64,000 nt of DNA, taken from positions 69,106,721-69,170,720 of the forward strand of contig NC_068989.1 in NCBI RefSeq assembly GCF_001194135.2, read 5' to 3'. This DNA comes from Octopus bimaculoides. Taxonomy: Eukaryota. The translations under genes were made by a program, and so were the position numbers. Position 1 is the stretch's first letter, and every line of letters starts with the position of its first letter. The notes under the pieces were generated by a model. The model made no database searches and was not told the origin of the DNA. It was given only the letters and a program-made list of their open reading frames with translations. This document shows positions 51,501-60,141 of the stretch, piece by piece.

Positions 51501-54500
51501 CCATTTTAATGACTGCCAACTTGCTGTCTTAACAACAATGGTAATTACAATAAAAGTAATAATGTTGCTGTAGCCACAGTGCCTTGTGGTAAAAGATAAT
51601 GATATCTACCATGCTGAAAATGTTGATGGATGTTCAGCATCATCATCATTTAATGTTCAGTTTCCATGCTACTATAGGTTGGACAGTTTGACAAGAGCTT
51701 GTAAGCCAGAGGACTGTGCCAAGCTCTACTCTCTGCTTTGGCATGGTTTCTATGGCTGAATGACCTTCCAAACATCAACCATTTTACAGAGTGGAAATGT
51801 GGTTGAAATAAGGGAATCCAGCTGTAGAAACTATATCAAATCAGACAATAAAGCTTGGCACAGTCCTCTGGCTTACCAACACCTATGCAAATGTGAAAAT
51901 TTGAATATCCCAGACATGCTGACCTGGGCAAAAAAAGAAAAGAAAGAACCTAATTGAAAAGAATTGAACTTTAGAAGCTCAAGCATAAAAAGTGATGCAG
52001 TCTACAATTTTACTGTCAATAATGGGCAGAGTCAATAGAAACAATGGCTAAAAATGAAAATTAGTTAATTATTTGATGCAAGAGCTCACCTCTTCTACAA
52101 CTGCAATAACATTCATACGAGGTTTATTGTGTGCAGTGTTTTTATTGTAAAGATGAGTCGTGTGAATCCACTCCACGTCTCGAAGGTCACCCATCACACC
52201 GCGAAGCTGTTGCCCAGGATAATAATACCGGTTTACAAATTCTGTATGCTGAGAAAGAGAGAAAGAAAGAAAGAGAAATGTAATAAAGATGATTATGCAG
52301 CAGGATTAAGACAAAAAAAAAAAACATCTAAAATTGTTCTAGTGCTTAAAATAAATGAAATTTCTCATGATGCACCAATTAAATCTAACCTCTCTCAATC
52401 AAACTAACAAAAAATCCTCTAAGTAGTCACTCAATCCAACTGAAACAGCAGTGAAATCTCACTCAAATAGTGCTACCAACTGAAAAAAAAAAACAAAAGT
52501 AAAGACACACTGGTTAATGCAGTCCACAATAGACTGCCTGAAAGAGAGGACAAAAATTATCCCTTCCATTGTAGGCACAAGGTCTGAGATTTTAGGAGAG
52601 TGGCTAGTTGATTACATCAACCCCCAGTGCACAATTGGTGATTATTTCTGAGCCCTAAAATGATAAAAGAGAAAGTCAACCCTGACAGAATTTGAACTCT
52701 GTACAAAAAAATGGATGAAATGCCACTAAGCATTTTGTCCACCATGCTAATGATTCTGCCAGCTCACCACCTTGGAGAAGACAAAAATAAAGACAACCAA
52801 GTGATATAGCTGGACAATGACAGCTAAAGTACTTGATTTGGGGTCTAGTTCATTAGAGCTTATCTGGAAGGGACCAAACAACAACTTCCTTTAAATAAAA
52901 TAGCTATTGAAGCGTCATACTTAACATTTATACATCAAACGAAAGGCCTGATGCTGTGGCTTGTGTTAAGTATGATACGTAGATGGCTATTTTAATTGAA
53001 AGCTCTTTCAATTGCATTCACTGACTTTTTATGCAGCCTGGGCAGCTATTCACTATATCAGTAAAAGTATTATTCACAGTTTCCTATAAAATGGAGGTGA
53101 AAAAGTTTCATTTATGCATATTGCTGCGAATATATATTATTGACATAGCCTAAAAAGGCTGAAATGCATCTAGCATTCACATAAATCACTGCTAAGATGA
53201 TTTCGTTTTGTCATGCTCAAATATATATTGTGTTTATAACATCTCATGTCTATGATGAGATTTTATCTCAGACAAACTACAGCACCATGCCTTTCAACAG
53301 TGTCTGTAAAGTACAATACACAGATGGTTATTTCAATTCAATACCATTTCAATTGTGTACACTAAGTTGTCCTTTTATCATACATTCTATACAAAAGTTC
53401 AACCCAAATCATCAGTAAACTTAGTTACTTTTTTCTTCTTCTAAGCTTCATTTTAAAACATTTTCTTTTCTCTTACGGTTTTTCATCCATTTTAACCCCC
53501 CCCCCCCCNNNNNNNNNNCTACCCCTAACTATACGGGTGGGAAGATACATTTGTTGGGGGTGATTAGCTCACTTTACAACTTAATAATTTTCCTACTGCT
53601 AGGCAGTCAATCATGAAGAAGAAGTGGAACCTATTTTTCCTCTAAGTCAAGTAAATTGGAGCTAAGTAAATTCAGAGCACAACCCAATGAAAGTAATCAA
53701 ATCTAAGCATGTGACAATGTGCCCAGCACCTTAATGAAGCCCCATGGTTAATTACAATAACTGCTACCTAGAAACTATAGTAATGATTTATCTCGACTGC
53801 TCTTCTCTTACTGGTAATTAATTAGTTGATTATTTTGATTAATCTTCAACTAATTGAATGCTATTTTAATACAAGCAAAAGTTGAAGCCAACTTGTGATA
53901 AAATAAACGCCAAGCCTTATATGCAACATTTATGGAGGATTATTTCAATCGCACATTGTTTAAAGACAAAGACCAACCTTTCCTCTCTTTTCATTGAGGT
54001 CTTCAAAGCTAAAGATGTCAACATCTTGAATCTCACATCTAAAAGACAACACATATTTTTTTTTAAAACAATTACAAGCAGATGAAATAATATTAAAGTG
54101 GAACATACATTGAAAGAGGTTACAATTATATAAGATTAGATTAGAAATAATAACTCAAGAGCTTAGCAAAATTAACAACATATATAACTATCTATTGATA
54201 CTAACATTATGATCAGTAACCATGGGAAATGTGGAGCCAGAAAAAACAAAGATGCTGGCAGTAACCTTGGAAAATGGAATCATGCCAAATGTCAATTTTA
54301 CAGCTGTTCGGAATAATTCAACTTTATGACCTTTATTACTTCACCAAGTGGAGAAAAACAGGCAGTTAATATTAATGACAAGGAAACTACAATTGACAGG
54401 ATCAAAGTAACTGGTTTCTTGAAGCAAAAAAAAAAAAAAATTGTGCAATTTAAAAATTAAAAGTAATTGAAATTAAATATTCAGGTATCCCCAGCATACT

Positions 54501-56304
54501 GTGCTAACAGGACTAACATTTACCATGCTAGTACTGTGCATGACAGTTGCCACATTTATTGGACAAACCCAATTAAACACACAAACAGTAGCTTAGATGT
54601 AGGTAAACAGATGCTTGGTAACGACTGACAATTGCAGTACAACAGAGCATTATTCTCCTCTATTAGTGCAGGCATGGCTGTGTGGTTCAAAAGTTTGTTT
54701 CACAACCATATGGTTTTAAGTTCAGTTCTATTGGACAGCAAGTCTCTTCTACCAAAGACCTGGGCCAGCTAATACATTGTGAGAAGATTTGGTAGGTGGA
54801 ATCTCTGAAGAAGGTAGCCATCTGCTTTTGTGTTTAGATGCAAGTGTGGCTGTGTGGTTAAGAAGTTTACTTCCCAACCATATAGTTTCAGGTTCAGTCT
54901 CATTGCATATCACTTTGGGCAAGTCTCTTCTACTATAGACCCAGGCCAACCAAAGCCTTAAGAGTTAATTTGGTCCATGGAAACTGAAAGAAGCCTGTCA
55001 TGTATGTTTGTATGTATGTGTATGTTTGTGATCCCTTGTCATGATATCATGTAATACTTGTAAATGAGTGTCACTGTCATACAAGCAAGATCATTCACTT
55101 CCAATCTCCATGTATACAGGTCTAGCTATGAGGAAATACTATGTTGCTTGGAAACAGTTGAGAGATGGCAACATGAAGGACATCTAGCCATATAAGATCT
55201 GTTGCAATAAAACTTTGTCTAACCTATGCAAACATGGAAAATCATCATCATCCAGTGTTTTAAATCCAGGTTTTGTCCCCGTTAACGGGGGTGGCCAGAT
55301 CTACCTCAATGCCTTAGTAACTGAGACAGGTAAGTGCAGCCCACCCCAACCTTTGGGTTGGCTGGTGCCCATTCTCCCTTGCTGTCATGAGGCTTTTTTG
55401 GAGCTGGATTTTCTACAGGGAGCATGCCCTTGCTTACCTCCAACCTCAGTTTCTAGACATGAGTGGTCCCGAGACCAAGGCCTCTACCACAATTTTTAAG
55501 AAATGTGGTTGTAAACTAGCTCAGGAAGACAGGGATGCTACTCCCTGAGACCCCTTTCAGAGCCCCCACCACCACCTAAGTGAGCATAAAAATAACAATG
55601 GTGGTGATTTGACTCTAGGTATACTACAAAATCTAAATTATTTTCATCTTTCCAAGACAAAAAAGAAAAAAAAGAGGTTAAGTCAATATCAATAAAATTT
55701 AATCTCAGAACAGTCCCTAATCTACTCAAACATTGACCATTACTCAAAGTTGAGTGGTTGGTATTCATAAAAGATATAAACTCGAACATAAAAGTGAACC
55801 ACTAGAATCCACAGTAACAAATGATGACCTGCTATCATTAGTTACTTTTATAATTAGTTATTTACAAATAGTAAATTTCATCTTTCTCAAACAAAAATGG
55901 TCCAGCCCAAAACAGACTTCTCTTCATCATAGCAAAACTATTTGATCTGACTCCACTTTGTGAATGTTGTATAAAAATATATTAGTTGACCGATTGTTCT
56001 GATAAGGTCTCCCATATCAGAAGTGGGTTTGATGGGTCTGCTATCCACAACATAGCACCACTTTTATCAATCCCAAATACTTTATCTGAAGTTCATCATC
56101 AAACATGACCATTTTTTTTACTTATGTTTTATATACATGAGAGCAAATGAAGATTTTTAAAAAAATATCGAAGAATTACATATTTAAACAAAGAAATGCT
56201 TACTTAGCACCATCTGGAAAACGTAATGTTACAATCACATTTACGACATCAATTCGGCCAACCCAAGAATCAAGTACAACATCACCTGGTTCTGGGCTCC
56301 ACTC
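18671..56304 (-). CDS. UBE2O: E2/E3 hybrid ubiquitin-conjugating enzyme UBE2O, 5'-partial, 18 exons, 1209 aa in window
   Basis: Exons in transcript order: 56204-56304, 53978-54038, 52090-52248, 50468-50571, 47689-48253, 44767-44869, 44316-44421, 42580-42688, 41333-41467, 39668-39822, 33943-35006, 30193-30290, 29520-29582, 25747-25950, 23849-23906, 23273-23394, 21338-21417, 18671-19013. All are AG/GT bounded and sum to 3630 nt in one open frame. Motifs match human UBE2O as recalled: [78 protein letters not shown]. Confidence 0.96.
21338..21417 (-). CDS. UBE2O: UBE2O exon ([27 protein letters not shown])
   Basis: SM.......PP.VF..E...H motif; AG|GTAAGC donor. Confidence 0.93.
21880..23240 (-). 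mobile_element. Old RTE/L2-like LINE RT fragment in a UBE2O intron
   Basis: Minus-strand [16 protein letters not shown]...AAF..L and degenerate K..D.ID...LWEI motif; many stops. Confidence 0.55.
23273..23394 (-). CDS. UBE2O: UBE2O exon ([41 protein letters not shown])
   Basis: EPYYNEAG and ENSR.YNEMA motifs; CAA|GTGAGT donor. Confidence 0.96.
23849..23906 (-). CDS. UBE2O: UBE2O exon ([20 protein letters not shown])
   Basis: W....S.LLQVL.SIQ UBC motif; CAAG|GTATGT donor. Confidence 0.95.
25747..25950 (-). CDS. UBE2O: UBE2O UBC catalytic exon; active-site Cys codon 25777-25779
   Basis: [35 protein letters not shown]...[22 protein letters not shown]; AAG|GTAAGT donor. Confidence 0.97.
26327..26369 (+). 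ncRNA. Minimal type I hammerhead ribozyme, copy 1 (predicted cleavage after C26363)
   Basis: CCAGA-CTGATGA-t-GAG(caatga)CTC-t-GAAA-C(ca)GTC-TCTGA; stem I has one mismatch. Confidence 0.6.
26909..28065 (+). pseudogene. LINE ORF1/Gag-like nucleic-acid-binding protein with CX2CX4HX4C knuckle; two homopolymer frameshifts
   Basis: Core ORF 27108-27764: [10 protein letters not shown]...[24 protein letters not shown] (knuckle 27588-27629); N-terminal NYAAA segment in another frame before the A9 run at 27094-27102; K/E-rich tail in frame 27742-28065. Confidence 0.8.
28603..28673 (+). ncRNA. Type I hammerhead ribozyme, copy 2, with extended stem I (predicted cleavage after C28654)
   Basis: TCCAGA/TCTGGA stem I, CTGATGA 28624-28630, GAG/CTC stem II, GAAA 28645-28648, GTC triplet; distal stem AGCAAGCCA/TGGCTTTGCT beyond an internal loop. 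Confidence 0.75.
29520..29582 (-). CDS. UBE2O: UBE2O exon ([21 protein letters not shown])
   Basis: LL.TSLP.GI.VK.FE.RM, start of UBC domain; ATG|GTATGT donor. Confidence 0.95.
29819..30025. mobile_element. TTAA-flanked MITE (piggyBac-like termini)
   Basis: TTAA|CCATTTAGCATT...AATGCTAAAAGG|TTAA. Confidence 0.65.
30193..30290 (-). CDS. UBE2O: UBE2O exon ([33 protein letters not shown])
   Basis: Pre-UBC segment F...E....H.F......FF....KE; cttttAG acceptor, GAG|GTTAGT donor. Confidence 0.9.
31103..32021 (+). mobile_element. Mariner element with central deletion
   Basis: ~30-bp TIRs (ATTGGGTC.TCC...AATAATGCAGTTTT), TA on both sides; ATG at 31283 HTH region fused to HQDN...[13 protein letters not shown]; internal stops. 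Confidence 0.9.
33652..33871. mobile_element. TTAA-flanked MITE (CCCTT...AAGGG)
   Basis: TTAA|CCCTTTGAAGATG...CATCTCCTAAGGG|TTAA. Confidence 0.6.
33943..35006 (-). CDS. UBE2O: UBE2O large exon (354 aa; helical/coiled-coil plus S/T/N/D-rich linker)
   Basis: ORF 33938-34969 extends to tttcttctAG acceptor at 35007-35008; G|GTTAG donor; phases 2 in and 1 out fit neighbours. Confidence 0.92.
37869..37895 (+). mobile_element. Hsmar/cecropia-like mariner TIR remnant
   Basis: AGGTTGGTGCAAAAGTAAT resembles the Hsmar1/MADE1 TIR core. Confidence 0.5.
38020..39170 (-). mobile_element. Penelope-like element (RT palm/thumb + GIY-YIG), defective
   Basis: [37 protein letters not shown]...SCHPRH, RPNCGIC, YIGQT; frameshifts and an internal deletion. 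Confidence 0.88.
39668..39822 (-). CDS. UBE2O: UBE2O exon ([31 protein letters not shown]...)
   Basis: Acidic tract with SW.T motif; tttgtcAG acceptor, AG|GTAAGT donor. Confidence 0.93.
40611..41235 (-). mobile_element. RTE LINE 3' end with (GAT)n tail
   Basis: [43 protein letters not shown] then 3' UTR. Confidence 0.85.
41333..41467 (-). CDS. UBE2O: UBE2O exon ([45 protein letters not shown])
   Basis: GQV.......V...W.......PQ.L motif; 45 codons; too short for the ORF track. Confidence 0.92.
42580..42688 (-). CDS. UBE2O: UBE2O exon ([37 protein letters not shown])
   Basis: VSVYDI.DHP motif; GAG|GTAAGC donor. Confidence 0.95.
43565..44200 (+). mobile_element. SINE family A split by an RTE 3'-tail insertion (~43780-43997) in its microsatellite core
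   Basis: GCAGGCCTGGCTGTGTGG head; RTE tail ending GGACGTTAAACGATGATGAT; SINE 3' half resumes at ~44040. Confidence 0.8.
44316..44421 (-). CDS. UBE2O: UBE2O exon ([36 protein letters not shown])
   Basis: YGVV...H..RTC.VKW motif; ttttttcAG acceptor, AG|GTTAG donor. Confidence 0.94.
44767..44869 (-). CDS. UBE2O: UBE2O exon ([34 protein letters not shown])
   Basis: Close match to CR2 motif DGS......LFP.HHLD..EF.PGD; G|GTAAGC donor. Confidence 0.95.
45038..45590. mobile_element. Two TTAA-flanked MITEs of one family in opposite orientation (45038-45212, 45363-45590)
   Basis: TTAA|CCC...GG|TTAA ends; shared CCTT.TGATACC terminus; partial relatives near 19155 and 24900-25040. Confidence 0.6.
46612..47476 (-). 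mobile_element. Tc1/mariner (maT/DD37D-like) element, deleted, inserted into a SINE microsatellite
   Basis: TIRs CAGAGTGC.ATG.ATAAA.TGT; minus-strand [40 protein letters not shown]. Confidence 0.85.
47689..48253 (-). CDS. UBE2O: UBE2O exon ([18 protein letters not shown]...basic patch...[14 protein letters not shown])
   Basis: ORF 47623-48252; ttttAG acceptor, CAG|GTAATT donor; acidic tract then K/R-rich NLS-like stretch as in UBE2O. Confidence 0.95.
49620..49990 (+). repeat. Purine-rich dispersed repeat; inverted relative at ~33020-33490
   Basis: Shared segments such as GTGTCAGGTGTTCA.AGG.TAAA.TATG and ATAAAAGAGAA.AGGGAC.GAG.ATTGAGGATG. Confidence 0.5.
50468..50571 (-). CDS. UBE2O: UBE2O exon ([15 protein letters not shown]...[13 protein letters not shown])
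   Basis: ttttcAG acceptor, AG|GTAACA donor; phases fit. Confidence 0.9.
52090..52248 (-). CDS. UBE2O: UBE2O exon ([17 protein letters not shown]...VIAVVEE)
   Basis: tctttctcAG acceptor, GAG|GTGAGC donor; YPGQ and VVEE motifs; 53 codons. Confidence 0.93.
53978..54038 (-). CDS. UBE2O: UBE2O exon ([21 protein letters not shown])
   Basis: cttttAG acceptor, AAG|GTTGGT donor; 61 nt bridges the phases of both neighbours. Confidence 0.82.
54662..55250 (+). mobile_element. Tandem SINE heads followed by body and RTE-like tail
   Basis: Two GCA.G..TGGCTGTGTGG heads (~54668, ~54840), then GGAAAT...TTGCTTGGAAACAG...AACCTATGCAAACATGGAAAA-CATCAT. Confidence 0.7.
56204..56304 (-). CDS. UBE2O: UBE2O exon ([34 protein letters not shown]), most 5' exon found
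   Basis: ttttcAG acceptor, AA|GTAAGC donor; resembles CR1 region GD....D.W.G......I.L....GA; phase 0 in, phase 2 out. Confidence 0.9.
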
Positions 56305-57540
56305 CTGAAAACACAAAATATATCCATGTCAAAAACATTGTAAATTTGGTTTAAAAGCATAAAAGGGGAGGGAGAACCTGACAAATATAAACGACAGCAA
56401 AGGATGACAGTTTTTTCAGTTACTGTATATTGCATATGGGATGCACCTTTTCTTTTCTTTTTTAATATTATTTACTTACTTTCCAATTGATGCATGAGAC
56501 TTAGAGTATCCATGCTGTTTTCCATAAATCATGAAAGATGCATACCATTATTCAGTAACAGTAAGATAGAAGTGATGTTCAACTCTTTTTATCCTAACTG
56601 TACCAGCAGACAAAATATCTCATTTGTTATGCAACCACTAATCATATCCTGTCAGTGCTTAACCAAATCGATCAATGCTTTCTTTAAACTCCTGGCTAAT
56701 ATCAATAAATGCTTCTTTAAACTTCTGACTGCTGAGTTATTTCACAGCTGGCAGTCAGGAGATATAATTGTTATAGTGGGCACATTTTAAACATGAATGT
56801 TTGTGACATGTAAGTAAAATTACTTGAAAACAAAAAACATTGCTTATGTGATGTTACATTTAAATTAAAAGCTATACGATTTACACAAAACTACATCATT
56901 AACAGTAAAACTGCAGTAATAACCACAAAACTGCAGCTGAATTTGGCTCTTCAGAGAAACAAGTTGGAGACTGGCTAAAATTTTTTAAAGAATTTGAAAT
57001 ACTCTGAACTAAGAAGGGATGGTAGGGTGACGTATCCACCTGTCTGGCAGAGAAACAGCAGCTAAAAAAAACTGGATTCTTGATCTGAGACAAACAGAAT
57101 AGTTACATTGTAACAGTCGGTGCCATTCATCTGAAAGGTGAGGAATTAATCCTGCAACCTAGCTTCAAAGCTTCTGCAGGCTGGTGTACAGACCAAAAGT
57201 AGCAAAAAAAACCCTCACTTTCTCTGTGCAATCAAAAGTTTTTTTGTTTGTTTTTTTTGGGGTCATCTTTATCATGTCCCATTGTTATAATCTACACTTC
57301 ACTAACCTATCACTATCTTATAGTTCATCCAAACTTAGCCTGTTCCAGCTCAAATTAGTTAATGCTTATTTCTTATTCAGACTTGCCTAGTTACCAAAAC
57401 TTAAATAATTCCACTGTTGTAGTCCTTATTCATCCTTATTCAAGACAATAATTTTACTCATAATAAACATTACAGTCTAACTTTAGTAAAGTAGTCAATT
57501 TTCACTTGTTTCTGAATCCATGGAAATTAGTTAAGTATTC

Positions 57541-57852
57541 AGGTGCAGGCATGGCTGTGTGGCAAGGAGCTTGCTTCCCAGCCACATGGTTCTAGGTTCA
57601 ATCCCATTGAATGGCACCTTGGGTAAGTGCCTTCTACTTGCCAACAAAAGCTTGTGAGTGGATTTAGTAAATGGAAACTGAAAGAAGCCTGTCATGTGTG
57701 TATGTGTGTGTGTGTCCCACCACTTGACAATCAGTGTAAGTTTGTGTATGTCCCTATAACTTAGTAGTTCAGCAAAAGAGACCAATAGAATAAGTACCAG
57801 GCTTTAAAAATAAAAGTATTGGGGTCAATTCATTTGATTAAAACAAGTAAAA
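57541..57852 (+). mobile_element. SINE family A, near full length
   Basis: Head with A/B-box-like segments, (TG) core, AAACAAGTAAAAG end. Confidence 0.85.
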
Positions 57853-59673
57853 GGCTTAAAGACATAGCAAAGCATAGTCAGATTTAAAATAAAATCTGAG
57901 ACATTCCTAGCAGCACTGTACAGGTATCAAACTTATTACTATCAAATGTTGGCCCTTGGAATTTGCTTCACTTCAGCTGCCATCAAACCAAAAATAAATA
58001 GCTTAAATCTAGATAGAAATGCTTCCTAGCTCTTGCCAGGGTGAACTCATTTGTAATATGGTGTTAGTTTGACAATCATTAAGAAATTAATAAAATACAA
58101 AAAAAAAAAAAAAACGAGTTTCTTCTTAGTATCATAGAAACCAGGAATATTAATGAGGGTTTTAAAATGTTCCTTACTGCCACAGGAGGTTCAATATCTA
58201 TTAGCCATACTAGCAACAACTTGGAGTGTATCCCTAAAGTTTCATTTCCCAGCAATAATGTTTTTAACACAAATATACTGCATACTGAATCTTAATATTC
58301 ATACTCAGCTGGTTTTGTATATTGGTAATTAATAGTCAGTGTTTTAATTAATTATTCAAAGAACTTTCCATGTTTTAAATATTAAAGGCTTAAATATTTT
58401 ACTTGAATTGTTTTTTAAGTTAATAATTGAAAGAGGATCAGGAAATTTTGAAGAAAGCTGGTAAATTTTTGGTAAAATGTTTAACCAAGAATTAGCAGCG
58501 AGTGAGAAACAGAAAGGAAGGTTTTTACAAGAAGTTCTAAATGAGATTGGAATGAAGCCAGCAAATATTAAGGGACAAAACAGGAAACACAATAATTGTA
58601 GAATAAAAGCACAAAAGTGTGTAGTATTTGAAACGTTTAAGAAGGAGTGAAGAGCAAGAGTAAGAGTGAAGAACAGTTTATTAATCAGTTAGATAGATAG
58701 GTTTTTCCTACAGACAAGTAGTGACTATATATCAATAATTTATGTATGAAAACTAAGTATCAATAACAAAAAAGGTTTGAAATAAGCATTGAAAAATATC
58801 TCAAGGACAGTTAAGTGACTGTTGATTAATACATAGAAACGAATAATGCAATGTAATTATCATTAAGAATTAGAAGTTTCTTGTACAATTACAGGGATAG
58901 GAATGCAATCTTATAGAGATTTCATTTCAATTGTTGTTTGGGAAACAGAAGAGAAAACATTATTCAATTTTTCTGATAGAACAAGTACATTCTATGTATG
59001 TCACTGAACTCCATTATACTACATACTAGAAATACAAGCTTTACCTTTTGATATTCAAACAGAAGAATGAGAACAATAGTACAAACAACAATAACAATAT
59101 TAGAATGAAAGAGAAAATATAAAGAAAAAAGGAAAACAACAAGATAAAAAAAATAATATTCGAAGGAGGAAATGCCATAGCAGTTGATGAATTGTTTTTG
59201 CTTTCCAATTTATAAACCATTAAATATGTATAAATATTCTGGCAATTAGCAGTTAGTAATTGTAATTAAGAGAAAACTAAATACAGATGTAATGATATTG
59301 CATGTATACCCAATAATGAATAAGAAAGCAAACCTTCCCTTTTATTCTCAGTCAGCACCCAAAGAGCAGCCAGGGAAGCCATTTATCCTCGACCCAGAAC
59401 AGCAAAAAGGACCAGTTCCAGTATAGATGGATAATTCCACAACTAAAGAAAGCTTAGACAGACAACTCTTCATTCAGTTGGCAAGACAAGCTGTGTTTAC
59501 CTTGTCTTATAAGATAAGATTCTTGTTTGCTTAAACCAAGAAATAAATTCATGTTGAGAATGAAATAATAAGCAGGATAGAATAGGATGCTGCATGTAAT
59601 TGATAAAGTACAGATCTAAATATGCATTGGATATATCAGATATTTCCGAGACTGCTTTTTTTTTTTCCCTAAT

Positions 59674-60141
59674 CGTTGTGGCGTGCAAGAGAGACGATTG
59701 CGCTGGTATGGACATGTGGTGAGAATGGAGGAGGATAGCTGCGTGAAAAAGTGCCACACCCTAACAGTTGAGGGAACCCGTGNNNNNNNNNNTGCGGGTG
59801 GCACATGAGATGCACCATTTTGAGCGTGGCCGTTGCCAGTACCGCCTGACTGGCTCCTGTAGGATTTTCGAGCGAGATCGTTGCCAGTGCCCCTGGACTG
59901 GTTCTTGTGCGGGTGGCACATAAAAGACACCATTTCGAGCGTGGCCGTTTTCGTGCGGGTGACACGTAAAAGCACCCACTAGACTCTCTGAATGGTTGGC
60001 GGTAGGTAGGGCATCCAGCTGTAGAAACTCTGCCAAATCAGACTGGAGCCTGGTGTTGCCATCCGGTTTCACCAGTCCTCAGTCAAATCGTCCAACCCAT
60101 GCTAGCATGGAAAGTGGACGTTAAACGATGATGATGATGAT
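59674..60141 (+). mobile_element. RTE LINE 3' end, young-looking
   Basis: RCGVQERRLRWYGHVVRMEEDSCVKKCHTLTVEGTR, then 3' UTR ending GGACGTTAAACGATGATGATGAT; same terminus fragment at 32067-32095. Confidence 0.88.

Noticed and set aside
57541-57620. tRNA genes at SINE heads
   Set aside because: A/B-box-like motifs only; no complete cloverleaf, and they continue into SINE bodies.
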